Part shown: positions 14,414 through 29,317 of the stretch, one piece after another | Layout of the letters: every line of letters starts with the position of its first letter | Numbering within the stretch: the stretch's first letter is position 1 | Assembly (NCBI GenBank): GCA_964016885.1 | Contig: OZ024741.1 | Location: forward strand, 349,556,001 to 349,620,000 | Direction: 5' to 3' | DNA from: Eledone cirrhosa | Taxonomy: Eukaryota | DNA length: 64,000 nucleotides | Position numbers and translations under genes: made by a program | Notes under the pieces: model-generated | Told to the model about the DNA's origin: nothing | The model's database searches: none | Seen by the model: only the letters and a program-made list of their open reading frames with translations

Positions 14414-14464
14414 AAAGTCAATGGACTTACTTGATAATTTCTTGATATATATATATATAAATAG

Positions 14465-15401
14465 AATTAGTCCTTCATCAGTGATCTTCCAGCCTTCATT
14501 GGTATTTCATCGCTTTAAAGATCATATACCTCTGGTTGGTGCGAGCAACGGCTAAAAAAACTCGCAGGGACACGTAAATAGGGGGAACGAGCGAGACAAG
14601 TAAACAAACAAAGATGGTTTTGCAACGAAAAGTGAGGAAGAAGGAGTCAAGTCCCTGAAATCGATGAACATAAGTTCTGTGAAATCGTAGGCGAGAGATA
14701 AAGACCGTCCAACCTGGTTGAAATGTGAGCGAGAAAAGGATTTCGCACAGGTCAAACGGGAGGAAGTGATGGAGAGGGAGTAGCAGAGAGTGAGTGAGTG
14801 AAAGTGTGAGGACGAGGCTAACTGAGAGAGTGACTGGCAGAGGGGGTAAAAAGAAAGTGAGAGATACAGAGAAAGGGGAAGCAGTAAGAATGAAACAGAC
14901 GGGTCACAGCGGAGGAAAATATATAAATATATGAAAAAATGGCGTGCTGCGTGGTTGCAATTGGGTTACATATGAATAAAATTAGTCCTTCATCAGTGAT
15001 CTTCCAGCTCTTGCTCACACTTTTATTCACTCACTCTCTGCTACTCCCTCTCCATCACTTCCTCCCGTTTGACCTGTGCGAAATCCTTTTCTCGCTCACA
15101 TTTCAACCAGGTTGGACGGTCTTTATCTCTCGTCTACGATTTCACAGAACTTATGTTCATCGATTTCAGGGACTTGACTCCTTCTTCCTCACTTTTCGTT
15201 GCATTACCATCTTTGTTTGTTTACTTGTCACGCTCGTTCCCCCTATTTACGTGTCCCAACGACTTTCTTTAGCCGTTGCCGCACCAACCAGAGGTATATG
15301 ATCTTTAAAGCGATGAAATACCAATGAAGGCTGGAAGATCACTGATGAAGGACTAATTTTATTCATATGTAACCCATTTGCAACCACGCAGCACGCCATT
15401 T

Positions 15402-15412
<11 letters not shown>
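14465..15412. mobile_element. Nested inverted-repeat element (family B, PLE-like architecture) between (TA)n tracts
   Basis: 14465-14810 is the reverse complement of 15014-15358 (~345 bp, few mismatches). 14925-15008 is the reverse complement of 15329-15412. A diverged relative lies at 51750-51882. Confidence 0.85.
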
Positions 15413-15448
<36 letters not shown>

Positions 15449-15480
15449 GAGAGAGATAGAGAGAGAGGGAGGGGGAAAAG

Positions 15481-15732
<252 letters not shown>

Positions 15733-16107
15733 CCGATGCTTACAAAATGGCACATATGTAGTATAGAGTAAGAATAGCGACAGCAGTGGTGGGGATAGTG
15801 GTATCTTGATAGTGGTGATATTTTGTGTGTATATATGCGTGTGGGCCTCATTATTCAGAACACGCGTAAGAAAGAAGCGATGAAAAAAAAAATAGAAACG
15901 GCTGACACACGGGTCTTTAGACGATTCTGGTGAAAGAATGTTAAACGTGTATAATTTGTACGTCTTCCAGATCCAGCAGACGGTGCTTGCTATAAATAAA
16001 ACGGTTGAAAAGAAGAAAAAAATAAGGCAAAGACAAAGTAACATATACAAACAACGTAAAGTATATCATCAACAACTACAACTTTGATCTACAACTACTA
16101 CTACTAG

Positions 16108-16171
<64 letters not shown>

Positions 16172-16279
16172 GCTGCTGCTGTTGCTACTGCTATTGCTAC
16201 TACTACTACTAACTACTACTACTACTACTACTACTAGTATTACTACAATTTCTACTACTACTACCACTACAAATGATAA

Positions 16280-16800
16280 TAATTGTTTCTACTTTTTGCA
16301 CAAGGCCAGCAATTACCCCAGTGCATTACTGGTACTTTATTTTATCGACTTCACAAGGATGAAAGGCAAAGTTAACCTAGGTGGGAATTGAACTGAGATC
16401 ATAAATGGCCGTAACTCTATGCTGCAAAGTATGGCGTTCGACCATCTACCGATACTGCCAATGATGAAGATGTTGATAATGATGTTAATGCAAATTATTT
16501 CATTTATTAGCCACAAGGGCACCAGATGAATGGGATTTTAAAAGAACATAGAAGGTGGGGATTGCGAATACTAAATTATGATTTCTTAGATAGGCACAAG
16601 GCCAGCAATTTTGAGGGAGGGGAAAGTCGGTTAAATCGACCCCAGTGCATTACTGGTGCTTTATTTTAACCCCCTCGTAAGGATGAAAGGCAAAGCTAAC
16701 CGCAGCAGGATTTGAACCCAGACTGTAAAGGGCCATAACTCTATTCTGCAAAGCATGATGTCTGATGTTCCACCGATACTGCCAATCCACCGCCTTAATA
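16280..16800 (-). mobile_element. Two SINE copies (16280-16462 and 16575-16797)
   Basis: Both match the family on the minus strand. Confidence 0.88.
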
Positions 16801-18209
16801 ATAATAGTAATGATAATAATAATTCGTTCTATATTTTGCACAAGATCACATGCACACAACATAATACATGTCATTGAAAACTGGTCACAGACAGCCATAT
16901 GTTGAAGCTATAAATTCTTCAGAAACATCACCCCCCCCCCCCGTCTAGTAGCCCTGAGGACATGGCAATTTTGTTTGCCTGTCCTCTGACACCGATGCCG
17001 TCTCTAGGGATACTCTGGAAACAGTGGTAACGTCAGCCATAGTATTTACCTCTTAAACAGGCTGATATTGTTGCTGCTGCTTCTGCTACAATTTGTTGTC
17101 CTCTTTCCAACAGAAGGACAACAAGTGGACTTTATCTCTACATAAGTATCAATGGGCTTTTTGCCCTCCGCAACAAGCCTGATTAGCCTCAAAGTTCTGG
17201 AATACCTGGTGGTAAACGAGGTTCTAATGGACATGTGGACGTCTTAACAGGTACCAACTACTTGCATGTAACAGTGGGTCACTTCTGTGAGCTCTCTTTG
17301 CTCATAGTATTCCAAAGCGATACAAAACTAAGTATCAATGTCATCACGATATGTCTGACTGGAATTCTCAAATTTAACCTTCCCATGTACTGCGCTGCCA
17401 ATTTGAGGGCAGGTATGGTGCATCAGTTCCCTCTGTTTTCTGGACTCGTCCGCGACCTTAATAACTAAATATACGCTTCTATATGCATTGACGACTCGCT
17501 AAATAGCACATGCATTCTTCCACACGTCACCCAAAGCTTGCTAGAACTGTCTTTTCCAGAACATATGGAGGCCTCCATTATTATTTTATGTTTATTTATT
17601 TTTTTTTTTTTTTACTCTGAAGTACATTTACCTCTCTCTTTCCTGCATAAATTCTTCATTGAAGGAAATGCTTTTTTTTAATTTTCGACTGAGTCCAATA
17701 CTTTCTTTTTTGGCTTGCAAAGCGAGTAAAGGATGAATTACTGTCGCTGCTAGTGGCGTTTTAAGCAGAGTATTTAATTTTCCACTTGCACTACTCAGAT
17801 TGACTGTTTAAAACTGTGTCTGATTCATTGTTATTTTATTTTTCTATGGATCTGAGGACTTTTTATCCCCAAAATTTGGGTACGTATTCCCTGCTACCAG
17901 CTAATGTGCCTCACACCTTCTTCTGATCTAGAATTGACCACTAATAAACAAACCAAAATAGGTATTTGTAAAAAAAAAAGGTATATACAATGTAAAGTAG
18001 ATCTGAGGACGAAAATTATTTTCTATGTCAACGTAATGGCAGAGATGTTAAAAGGTTTTGAGGTCCTTTATTACCGAAAAGATAAATAAAAACACTTTTT
18101 CATAAGGTAATCGAGGAAGAAAATACCTTCGAAATGTTCACAGCAAATACCAAAACCACAATAGCAATAACAATACTAATATGGATGATGCTGCTACTGC
18201 TGCTGCTGT

Positions 18210-18255
<46 letters not shown>

Positions 18256-19668
18256 GGTTCTACTAATACTACTGCAGCAACAACAACTACTATTACTACT
18301 AATAATAATAATACTAATAATAATATGTGGAGAATATTTAAATACAGTTACCCTGTTACTCTCCGACACACCAAACTCTTCCATTGTCTTTGCTCTCGGT
18401 ACCGCATGCAACAAATGCAGTTTCCACTATTACCACCATCATTAGCATCATCACCATATTCAGCCACACAATTGTTTCATTAAAAAAAAAAACATTAATC
18501 AAATAAGCTATATAAATATAGACAGGATCGTGTTTCTATCAGTTTCTACTGGCATGTCATTCAAAATGCCATGAATTCTCTCAAGACAGATATAGAACTA
18601 CAGTTCACAAACATATTTCTTAGATGACTTGGTAGAGACGATTGACGTCTCATTTGAAATTGACTACTGTATATTAAAGTTGGGGTAAAAACAATCAACT
18701 CTCTTTATTAAAGAGCGAAACGATATTGGGAATGTTAGTTTGACGTAATTAAAGACTCTACTTGAAAGGTAGGAATTCACTCCCTTTGAAGGCTCAATAA
18801 CACTATCCATGTTTTGGCTTTTGAGTCAGTTAGTATTTTCTAATACGGACCACCAATATTATTCTTGAATTCTAGTCTGTAACAAAATAGATGTTGTTGC
18901 CAAGAATGTGACAGAAACGAATCCAAATCTCTTCGGCAATGCCAACGTGCTAATAAAGTTATTGATGTGTTTTGAGTTGGCACTAAGTCATTTGAATATA
19001 TTCTACTGTGCTATGGCTACTTTATCGACTTCAGTAAAAATTAAGGGCAAATGTTGAACCTGGCATTATTTGAACTGAGGACGCAAGGGGACGAAACGAA
19101 ACACTGTAATACAATTAGACACCCAATGCTTCAATAGCTTTCATATTTAAAGCTTTGTTTAGAGTGCTGTTAGAAAGTTGATGTAATCTCAAAGATAATT
19201 CATCCTGACAGGGGCACTTCAAGTTGATGATTTTGGTCGGACTGGCAGGAATAAGGCATAAGTAAAATAAAACGAACTGGCTCAATCAATAATCGTAAGA
19301 CCAGTAACTCGCTCCCTTCAGAGAGTTACTATATTTCAATGTGTTTGCAATATAGTATATTAGTATTGAGTGTACATGAGTGAAGCAGATTAATTAGATC
19401 TCATATTATTTTTGATTCGCTTAGTTTCATTCGACATTTTCTGCTTGCGCATATTAGTTTTATTGAAAATAATCTACGAGGTTTCTCAAGTGTGGAAATG
19501 AATTTGTTAAACTTCAATACAGTGGATATTGTTAACTATTCTTATCCACTAAGTACTACAATTAGTTATTGAACACTCTCAATGGCTTTCTTAATATGTA
19601 GGTGGGCTTTTAGTCTTTTACCTGTTCCAGCCATCCGGCCGAGGCCAACTCGGACACTGCCCTTTACG

Positions 19669-19737
<69 letters not shown>

Positions 19738-19762
19738 TATATATAAATATATATATATATAA

Positions 19763-19815
<53 letters not shown>

Positions 19816-19992
19816 CTCTCTCTCTCTCCCTCTCTCCCTCCCCCTCTCTCTCTCTCTCTCTCTATGTATATATATATATATAGTTCAAGAATAACAAAAG
19901 ACAAGTGCAAGACTATGGTTACACAAGGCTTTAGCTGTTTCGCGATTGTTTCAAAAGGAAAATGAATATTTCAACATATCGGATGCTAGTAT

Positions 19993-20069
<77 letters not shown>

Positions 20070-20077
<8 letters not shown>

Positions 20078-20305
20078 GATAGGGGGAAGAAAAAATGGCT
20101 TCACTTGTGCTTTCAACAAATTTATTTTCTTCACAAAATCCCAAAAGAATTTTTCTTAAAAAAAATTATTTTATAAATTAAGTTGTTGGCAACTTAATTT
20201 ATAAAATAATTTTTTTTAAGAAAAATTCTTTTGGGATTTTGTGAAGAAAATAAATTTGTTGAAAGCACAAGTGAAGCCATTTTTTCTTCCCCCTATCTTA
20301 ATATA
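20070..20305. repeat. Perfect palindrome, ~116-bp arms, 4-nt loop (20186-20189)
   Basis: Arms compared by eye with no mismatch found. Sits within (TA)n, with a 35-bp unpaired extension to 20340. Confidence 0.95.
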
Positions 20306-20334
20306 CCTAACTGTACCAAGGATTACACACATTT

Positions 20335-20372
<38 letters not shown>

Positions 20373-21281
20373 ACATGGCTGCAAACTCCGCTAAGAGTAC
20401 TGCAATTGCTTGGAGGATTATAGAGTTTGGTGTACTTTAGGCTACGGCCAGTCACACAAACCTGTAACAGATCGTGACCTAGCAATGTTTTTTAAGTGGG
20501 GAAAGGCCTTACACTCGACCAATCCCACTCTCTGAGCATCGAAAACACTACCAATCTTGCTTGGTGAGGAGGGTGATATTTGGACACCCTGTGGGATGAA
20601 AGACCAGACCCGGCAGAGGGCGGAGGAACTCAGCAGAGTCAACGACCATCCAAATAGTAATTTTTTTTTCACCTGGTAGTGAAAGGCCCTCAATTGTTGT
20701 CACAACACATTTCTAGGAGAGGGAAACTCTGAAAAAAAACCTGCGGCTTCGGAAGCATGCGATGATGTTGACATATATATATACATATATATATATATAG
20801 TATTAAGGATACTATTTATGCTTATGTATATAATAAAACTTTTTATAGTTATATATATTTTAAACCCTAAACAGTGAAAGACAGTAATATATTACTATCT
20901 TATTACCAGTAAGATAAATAGCTCAATGTAATAACATCAGTTGTTCTACAGAGCAGTTATATAGAATTCACATGAATCAAAGTTTATCATATATAAATAA
21001 GACACACGTGCATTCCCCACGTGTAACCATTGCATGCAATAACTACTACAACTGACTAACAAACTACCCTCTTGCATTATCTTCGTAAACTGCCGATGTT
21101 GTATTTTAATTTTAATTTTGCTTTGATTCTGTTTTAATATGATTTTAATTATTGAATTTAAATTGCCATGCAAAAGTAATATAATGGATGTCACCCCACT
21201 GTGCATCAATATATACATATGTATCTGTATGTCTCTTGTGTTAGAAAGGAGGTCATGTATGTAAACAAACATTGAAAAATT

Positions 21282-21326
21282 GCTCCGAAGACTCCAAACC
21301 TCGGTTTGGATGAAACAATTGTAAGC
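21282..21326 (+). ncRNA. Type I hammerhead motif with variant core
   Basis: GCT-CCGAAGA-c-TCCAAACC(tc)GGTTTGGA-t-GAAAC-AATT-GTA-AGC, then AATAAA (21328) and (TA)n. Confidence 0.7.
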
Positions 21327-21367
21327 TAATAAATGGTTTGAACAGAACTTTGATTCATGTGAATTCT

Positions 21368-21437
<70 letters not shown>

Positions 21438-21441
<4 letters not shown>

Positions 21442-21688
21442 TGGCTGCCAACTCGTATTCGAGTACGGCCACTACTTTATATCCATGTAGGAGAACCCCT
21501 ACCGATGCGCTGAACGAGTGTGACTTTTTAGTCCAGCCAGCGACTTAAAAACTCTGGTACAAACACGACACCTGTGACAATTATTGACACATAGTGCTGG
21601 GCCCATGGTACCATGTGATGACAAGTGCAGAGAGATCTCTCCAGATATAAAGCAATGCCTGTGCCGTGAAGCTTTTATAGTGAGCAAT
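21438..21688 (-). mobile_element. RTE-type 3' end fragment
   Basis: Second copy of 8589-8839. Encodes ...CRVCTRVFKSLAGLKSHTRSAHR* plus a short 3'UTR into (TA)n. Confidence 0.78.
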
Positions 21689-21761
21689 ATGCATACACAT
21701 ATTTTTATATGTATATATATATATACATACATGCATATACATATTTATATATATACATACA

Positions 21762-21828
<67 letters not shown>

Positions 21829-22013
21829 AGAACTCCAAAATAGATGTTACTAAATATAGCCGGATTAAATGATGAAGCTGAAATTAAATTAAATATTTGA
21901 AATAATTATAAAAAAAAGTAAATACGTTTTTGCTTTTGTTTAAATTATTTTATCAAATACAGTGAAAAAACATTCCTTCTAAGATCCCTTGCCGTGCAAT
22001 GAAAATCAAAACA

Positions 22014-22044
<31 letters not shown>

Positions 22045-22147
22045 CAATACGTGTGTTGTATATATATATATATACAAATATGTATATATATATATATGTA
22101 TATATGTAAGTGTATATATATAATACATATATAAATATATACATATA

Positions 22148-22268
<121 letters not shown>

Positions 22269-22301
22269 ATATATATGTATAAATATTTATATATATAGAA
22301 A

Positions 22302-22367
<66 letters not shown>

Positions 22368-22679
22368 CTCACACATATACAATTAGAATATATGTATATA
22401 TATTCTAATTAAATACATTATTTTTTTACAAAAACGTTCTCTTGGGGTTTGTATATTAGTTGCTGCCATATACGTCCCAGTTACTTTGTTAAGTTGGTGG
22501 AATAATTGGTTTGAAACACAAGAATTCATAGTTTGGTTTCCATTTTTTTCCTGCTTCTCTCCGTATAAATAACCTGTGTAGTTGTTTGTATGTTTAGAAA
22601 CTTGTATTTTCAAAAGCCGACAGGTTAAAAAAACATCGTGAACAACAACAGTGAAAAGTGTAACCACACTAATAAAAAT

Positions 22680-23220
22680 AATAATGATTTTTTGCTATAA
22701 ACACAAGGCCAGCAATTTTTGGAGGAAATGGTAAGTCGATTAAATCGATCCCTGTGCATTACTGGTGCTTTATTTTATCGACCCATAACGATGAAAGACA
22801 AAGTTAACCTCGGCGGAATTCGAACTCAGAACGTCACTATATGCCACAGAGCATGTTGTCCGACGCTCTACCGATACTGTCAATCCAACATTCACATATA
22901 ATGGTTTCTGATTCAGGCACAATGTCAGCAATTTTTTTTTCTTTGTCGATTAAATCGATCCAGTTTGTTACTGGTACTTTATTTTATCGCCCCCGTAAGG
23001 ATGAAAGGCAAAGTTAACCTCGGTGGGATTTGAACTTAGAATGGCAAGGGCCGTAACTCTATGCGTCAAAGCATGGCGTCAGACCCTCTACCGATATTGC
23101 CATTCCACCGCCTTCATATAATTGTTTCTACTTTAGGCACAAGGCCAGCATTTACCCAGTGCATTACTGGTACTTTATTTTATCGACCCCGTAAGGATGA
23201 AAGGCAAAGTCAACCTTCAT
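22680..23220 (-). mobile_element. Tandem cluster of three SINE copies
   Basis: The central domain TTTATCGACCCC..AAGGATGAAAGGCAAAG recurs at ~22775, ~22985 and ~23180. Confidence 0.9.
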
Positions 23221-25644
23221 ATAATGATATAATATAATATTGCTTTTTTTGTCTTGAAATCCGAAAACCATCACAATTTTGTTTCTAAAATCTGTGAGTA
23301 AAGTACATAAATAAACACATATATACAAAGTCAGTTTAAATATACTTTAGATTGTCGTACTGACTTCTTTATCGTTAGGTTCTTTCAGATTTTACAGGCG
23401 GTCATAATTAAGTTACCCGTTTATTTTGTTTTATTCGAAATTTCGGCTAGGAGCAGATTAAAAAGCAACTGATACAGTAAACCGATCATTGCGCTGATCA
23501 CAGCTGGATATTAGTGATCATTGTCGTACCTCTCGTTACCCTCCGCTCATAATAAACACGTAGATTTAGTGTAGGACACACAAAGCTGTCATTTATGAAG
23601 CTAGAACCGTTATCAGAGATCCCATCCCCCAACTTATACTGTTAAGTGTTTTACTGTCTGTAGAAATTGATCAACTCGGACCTACTATATCACTGCAAGG
23701 TTTCGACCTTAATAATTCAATTTATACTGGGTAAAAGAATGTTCAGAACTTATAAAATAAGATAAAGAAGATAAAAAGGACGTGTAGCATTAAGTATCTT
23801 ATCCCTTTACTCAAACTTTGTGATTTTCGGTTTATATCTTAACTTATAGCCATGTTAGTGGCCCAATAAATATAATGCCAAGAACAAGACGTTTAGGTAC
23901 AAATCTATATTTCACTACCCAGGAAAAGTTAATATCACAAGTCCTAAATGTTTTAAATATTTATATTTTACTCTATACACCCTGACACCCACTTAGAAAA
24001 TGAAAATGAGAAAAGATAGAATTTCGGGTTATCTGAGAAAGTTTTTCTCATGTTTTCTTTCCAAAATAATAGTCAATTTATGTCGACAACTTCAATGAAA
24101 TGGATGTGCAGCATCTTTTTGTTTTCAAAATTTACAATTTCAGGAACGAAGATTTGAAAATTAAACTGTAAAATTAGTTGAAATAACCAGTACAGCTTGG
24201 GAGTATGTTGGTTTCTTTTCAGATCGACATATTTATCTCTATTTACCATACCATTTTGCAGATAAATCATATCTCAATAGAGTAATTATATCCTGCATAT
24301 TAGTTCAAACAATGAAATACTACATCATACGATCGTATAGAAGTTCTTACCACCAACCATTCTTGTCTGAGAATCGTCTCCGGACAAAAAACAATAAATA
24401 ACTAGATGTAAAATTACCTGGGCGCTGTTTCATGCCCGGAGGCAATTCCGAGATGAGGTTAGCTAATAGAAACCCCACTAATATATACAAACACAGACAC
24501 ACAGACGCACGCACACGCGCACACACACACACACACATAGACTGACATGTTTGTATGTACATTTATATACATATGTGTGTGTGTATGTATGTGTGTGGGC
24601 ATATGTTTGTATGTACATTTATATATTTATGTGTGTGTGTGAGTATGTGTGTATGTATGTATGTCAAAATATACACAAAATCTCGAGTTAAAATATATGA
24701 CACCAAAATCACCAATTCCCACATACATACACATACACACACATACACACACATAGACGCACAGACGTATAGACTCGTGCTTACAAACACTTGTCCACTG
24801 ATATCTACGCCTATTATTTCAAACTTTTCCTCTTCTTTTTTTTTTCTTTTGTTAATTTATTTCAATCTTCTTGTCTCGTTCCCATTATATCTACACCAGA
24901 CCCCTAAAAACGCCCCCTACTTTTATTTACGTCCCTTTTTTTTCCTCACTCGCCCGGTGTCCCTCCCCACTTCAACTTACAGCACCCAACACTCTATGTG
25001 ATTCATAAAACATGAGTCAGCCTTACTTATTGAGTCTGAGCCAAAAAAAATTATATAAATAGAAAGGATGCGGCTAAACTAAACGAGGATATGTTTGTAG
25101 TTTTGGGGAATGTCTTCTCGTTCACACATTGCATGGTTACCATAGAAATGGAACGAAACGCAGACATATACTAGTATAGAGCAATAAACTGCTACAAATA
25201 TACATACGCTCACAAACACGTATATTTATATACAGACGTTTTATGTAGGAATATAGGTTTATAGGTACGTGGCTCGTTGTATTCCGTATTTAGATGAATA
25301 AGCATAGACCGACACAGTTACATATATACAAAAACAAAACTTAACAAGCACAGGCATATATACACATACGTACACAGACGAACACGTACCCACATACACA
25401 TACGTACACAGACGAACACGTAGCCACATACTTACACATGCGTACACACTTTACATTGTATTTACTACATTGTAGAAATAGATATAAACTTTTATTCAAA
25501 CACAGCATTTGTATATTTTGATCTCTCTTCTAAAAAGAAAAGTAAATTCATTTCGAGACAGATATTCGCAAAAACCAGTGGAGGACGGTGTTAGTATTTT
25601 TTTCACCACCTCTGAACGCACGCACACGCACACACACGCACACT

Positions 25645-25680
<36 letters not shown>

Positions 25681-25694
25681 ATTTAATATAGAAA

Positions 25695-25969
<275 letters not shown>

Positions 25970-26108
25970 TGTGCTTTCTAAGAAGATTGAAAAGGAGAAA
26001 ACATTAAAATAATATTCCTAAATTTGTTTATTTCTTTTCTGTATTAAGTTAATTATTGCGTTTCCAGTATTGTATCCTTCACGACCATTGTTGCTCATTT
26101 GTGCACTC

Positions 26109-26318
<210 letters not shown>

Positions 26319-27629
26319 AGATAACGAAGTTTCATTTTAAATTGATGTTATTCCACATCGGACGTGAATCTGCTAATATGCAGATCTGACTGATCAGCCA
26401 GACTGCTAATATGCAAATAAGGCCGATCAGTCACTGTATATTTTAGAAAATATCATATATTTTCATTAGTTCTGACAGTTGGCAGGTGACAGTGAACTGA
26501 CTAATGAAAGGTAATACCCAGAAACAGTTCTGTTTACATGCCTACACAAGAGCAAGAACGAGGGGCTCATTCTACTGACATGGCTTTAAAAATGAGGCTT
26601 GTTTGCATAATTGCAAACAAATCGAATATTATTATTAATATTCGAAAAACTCAGATTACATTTATTATATTCAGCCATGTAGAGCGAACATTTTTTTAAA
26701 GATTTATATATATATATATATATAATCAACAGTGTTGGTGTGTATTGGGCTAGGTTTAATCATGTTGTGGTGACTGTGGTCAAAGTGGTGAAGGATTGCA
26801 TGTCCGACAGGTTGACCTGGTGCCACTTCCGGTAATTAACTAAATTACTAAAAAACCTACATGTGCGTGTCCATTCAAGTCGCCATTTCTTGAAAAACTG
26901 TGGATTATGCCGTTATCTTGTTTTAAAATGCAGTGATCGAAGGCATCTAGCTGAAAAGGAAATAATCGTTTTGCATATAGAGCGTGTGCGCATGTGTGTG
27001 TATGTGTGTTTGTTATTTGTTCTTACGAAGCCAAGAGAATATGTGTGTGTGTTTTGTTGTTGTAAATACGAAGCTGTGGGGATATGTGTGCATATATAAG
27101 TTTATGAGGGTATGTATAAGTTTATGTGTTAGTTGTTGGTCCGTGCATGTTGCTGTTGGTTTGTACAAGCTGTAAGAATGGGTTTCTGACCGTAAAAGAT
27201 AGAGAGAGAAAGAGAGAGAAAGAGAGAGACAAACAATCGTAAGACTTTACAACAAATCTTTTGCTTAAATGAAATTGACATTATATCTATATTCGTGGAA
27301 TGAATATATTTGTGGAAAAAAAGGGGGGGGGGGTGATTCATAATTAGATATGGTTGACAATACGTCATGATAAAGAGGGCGGGAGGATGATAGAATGAGA
27401 GAAAGAGGCACTAGTGTTAATTATTCCTAAGCTTCCTTCTCCTCAGTTTATTCCTGTTTAAATCTAGTTCACACCTTCACTGTCCCATTTCTTACATATT
27501 AACTTTATTTCACACTTTTAATGTCTCACTTCACACCACATCACAATGATTGACTAACCTCTGTTTCCATTATTTCTCTCTTTCTCTTGCTCTCTCCTTA
27601 CTAATACAACTTGTTCCTTTATATTCCAC

Positions 27630-27693
<64 letters not shown>

Positions 27694-28195
27694 ACTTTCC
27701 CTCACTTCCCCCACTCTCTCTCACTCCACCTCACTCTCTCATTCTCCCTCACTTTCCCTCACTCTCTCTCTCTCACTCCCCCTCACTCTCCTTCACTCTC
27801 TCTCTCTCTCTCTCATTCTCCCTCACTCTCTCTCACCCCCCCCCTCACTCTCCCTCACTCGCTCACTCTCTCATTCACACTCACTCGTTCTCTCTCTCAT
27901 TCTCACTCACTTTCCCTCGCTCTCTCTCTCACTCTCTCTTCTTTCTAATGCCACTTGTTCCCTTATATTCCAACCTTCTCTCTCTCCCTCATTCTCTCTC
28001 ACTCTCCCTCTCCCCCATTCTCTCACTCTCTCTTTTTCTCTCTCTCCCTCCTTTTCGGCTTCGTGCAGTCTATTAATTTCAACCTCTATTCCTTTTCCAC
28101 TTCGACCCACAAACTATCACTATTTCTCCCCACTTAGACTCTGCATTTCATTACCGGTTCCTTATCGTCAAATGCTGCTAACAACATAAATAAGC

Positions 28196-28223
<28 letters not shown>

Positions 28224-28233
<10 letters not shown>

Positions 28234-28580
28234 TAAACGGAATAGAAAATGCTGACAAATTGTTCACAGTGAAAAATAGTTTAATTAGGAATAAATGAGA
28301 ATTTGTAATCGTATTGGTTAGTATTCAGTTTTGGTTTTAAGTTTTACCGGTTGCGCATTTCTAAATGCTTTTCAAAAATAATTTTGAGATAGAGCGTCCG
28401 TGATGTTTGCTCTATCTCAAAATTATTTTTGAAAAGCATTTAGAAATGCGCAACCGGTAAAACTTAAAACCAAAACTGAATACTAACCAATACAATTACT
28501 AATTCTCATTTATTCCTAATTAAACTATTTTTCACTGTGAACAATTTGTCAGCATTTTCTATTCCGTTTACCAATATATA
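28224..28580. repeat. Near-perfect palindrome, ~170-bp arms, 13-nt spacer
   Basis: 28224-28395 versus 28409-28580 with two mismatches seen; TA flanks. Confidence 0.95.
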
Positions 28581-28612
28581 ATAACTTGTGTGTTACACCT
28601 CTATTCTTTTAA

Positions 28613-28699
<87 letters not shown>

Positions 28700-28774
28700 C
28701 GTGTGTGCGTGCGCGCGCGCGTGTGTGTGCTTCATACTCTCGCTTCATCTCTCTAATTCTTCTATATGTCATTC

Positions 28775-28850
28775 AATCTTCCGATAAAGGACTAACATCC
28801 GAAACGTTAAGGTTCCTTTCTTATTATATCAAGCGATCAAATGATATATA
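28775..28850 (+). mobile_element. Family C fragment with degenerate hammerhead
   Basis: TCTT-CCGATAA-A-GGA(ctaaca)TCC-GAAACGTT-AAGG. Confidence 0.65.
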
Positions 28851-28853
28851 TTA

Positions 28854-29049
28854 TTATTTACCTAATATTTCTACTAGCCTGTAGAAATTGACTAGACATA
28901 TAGTTAACTACACGTAATTAGGTACAAAATCGAAGTTAGAAGAAAAAATGTACATAAACTTTACCATAACTTCGATTTTGTACCTAATTAGTTTAGTTAA
29001 CTATATGTCTAGTCAATTTCTACAGGTTAGTAGGAATATTAGGTAAATA
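28854..29049. repeat. Inverted repeat, ~84-bp arms, 28-nt spacer
   Basis: 28854-28938 versus 28967-29049 with a few mismatches and indels. Confidence 0.9.
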
Positions 29050-29178
29050 TTTTGTAGCTGTATGTCGTGGAAAAGAAGCTATATCATTTGTCTATTATTT
29101 CTTCATAAGTACATTTTAAACTTGTAGCCTAGTTTAAATGACTTTTTGTGTGGTTGATTTATACTGATTGGGAGAGGA

Positions 29179-29244
<66 letters not shown>

Positions 29245-29317
29245 ATTGTAACGTCCAGCAGAGTGTAATACGAATAATAAAAAAGGGCGAAGTGTTAGGT
29301 CTTCAAGACGTTTATTG

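Noticed and set aside
15342-15358. Hammerhead in family B (CTGATGAAGGACTAA)
   Set aside because: It matches the 5' half of the family C motif, but no closing stem II or GAAA follows in any copy.
16870-17560. GC-richer stretch resembling coding sequence
   Set aside because: Stops in the frames examined and no recognisable motif; probably an old TE relic that I cannot assign.
20238-20272. Hammerhead inside the perfect palindrome (GTGAAGA...GAAAG)
   Set aside because: Too degenerate and AT-rich to distinguish from chance.
20360-20770. GC-richer insert between TA tracts
   Set aside because: Likely a repeat, but there is no second copy, ORF motif or terminal signature in the window to support a call.
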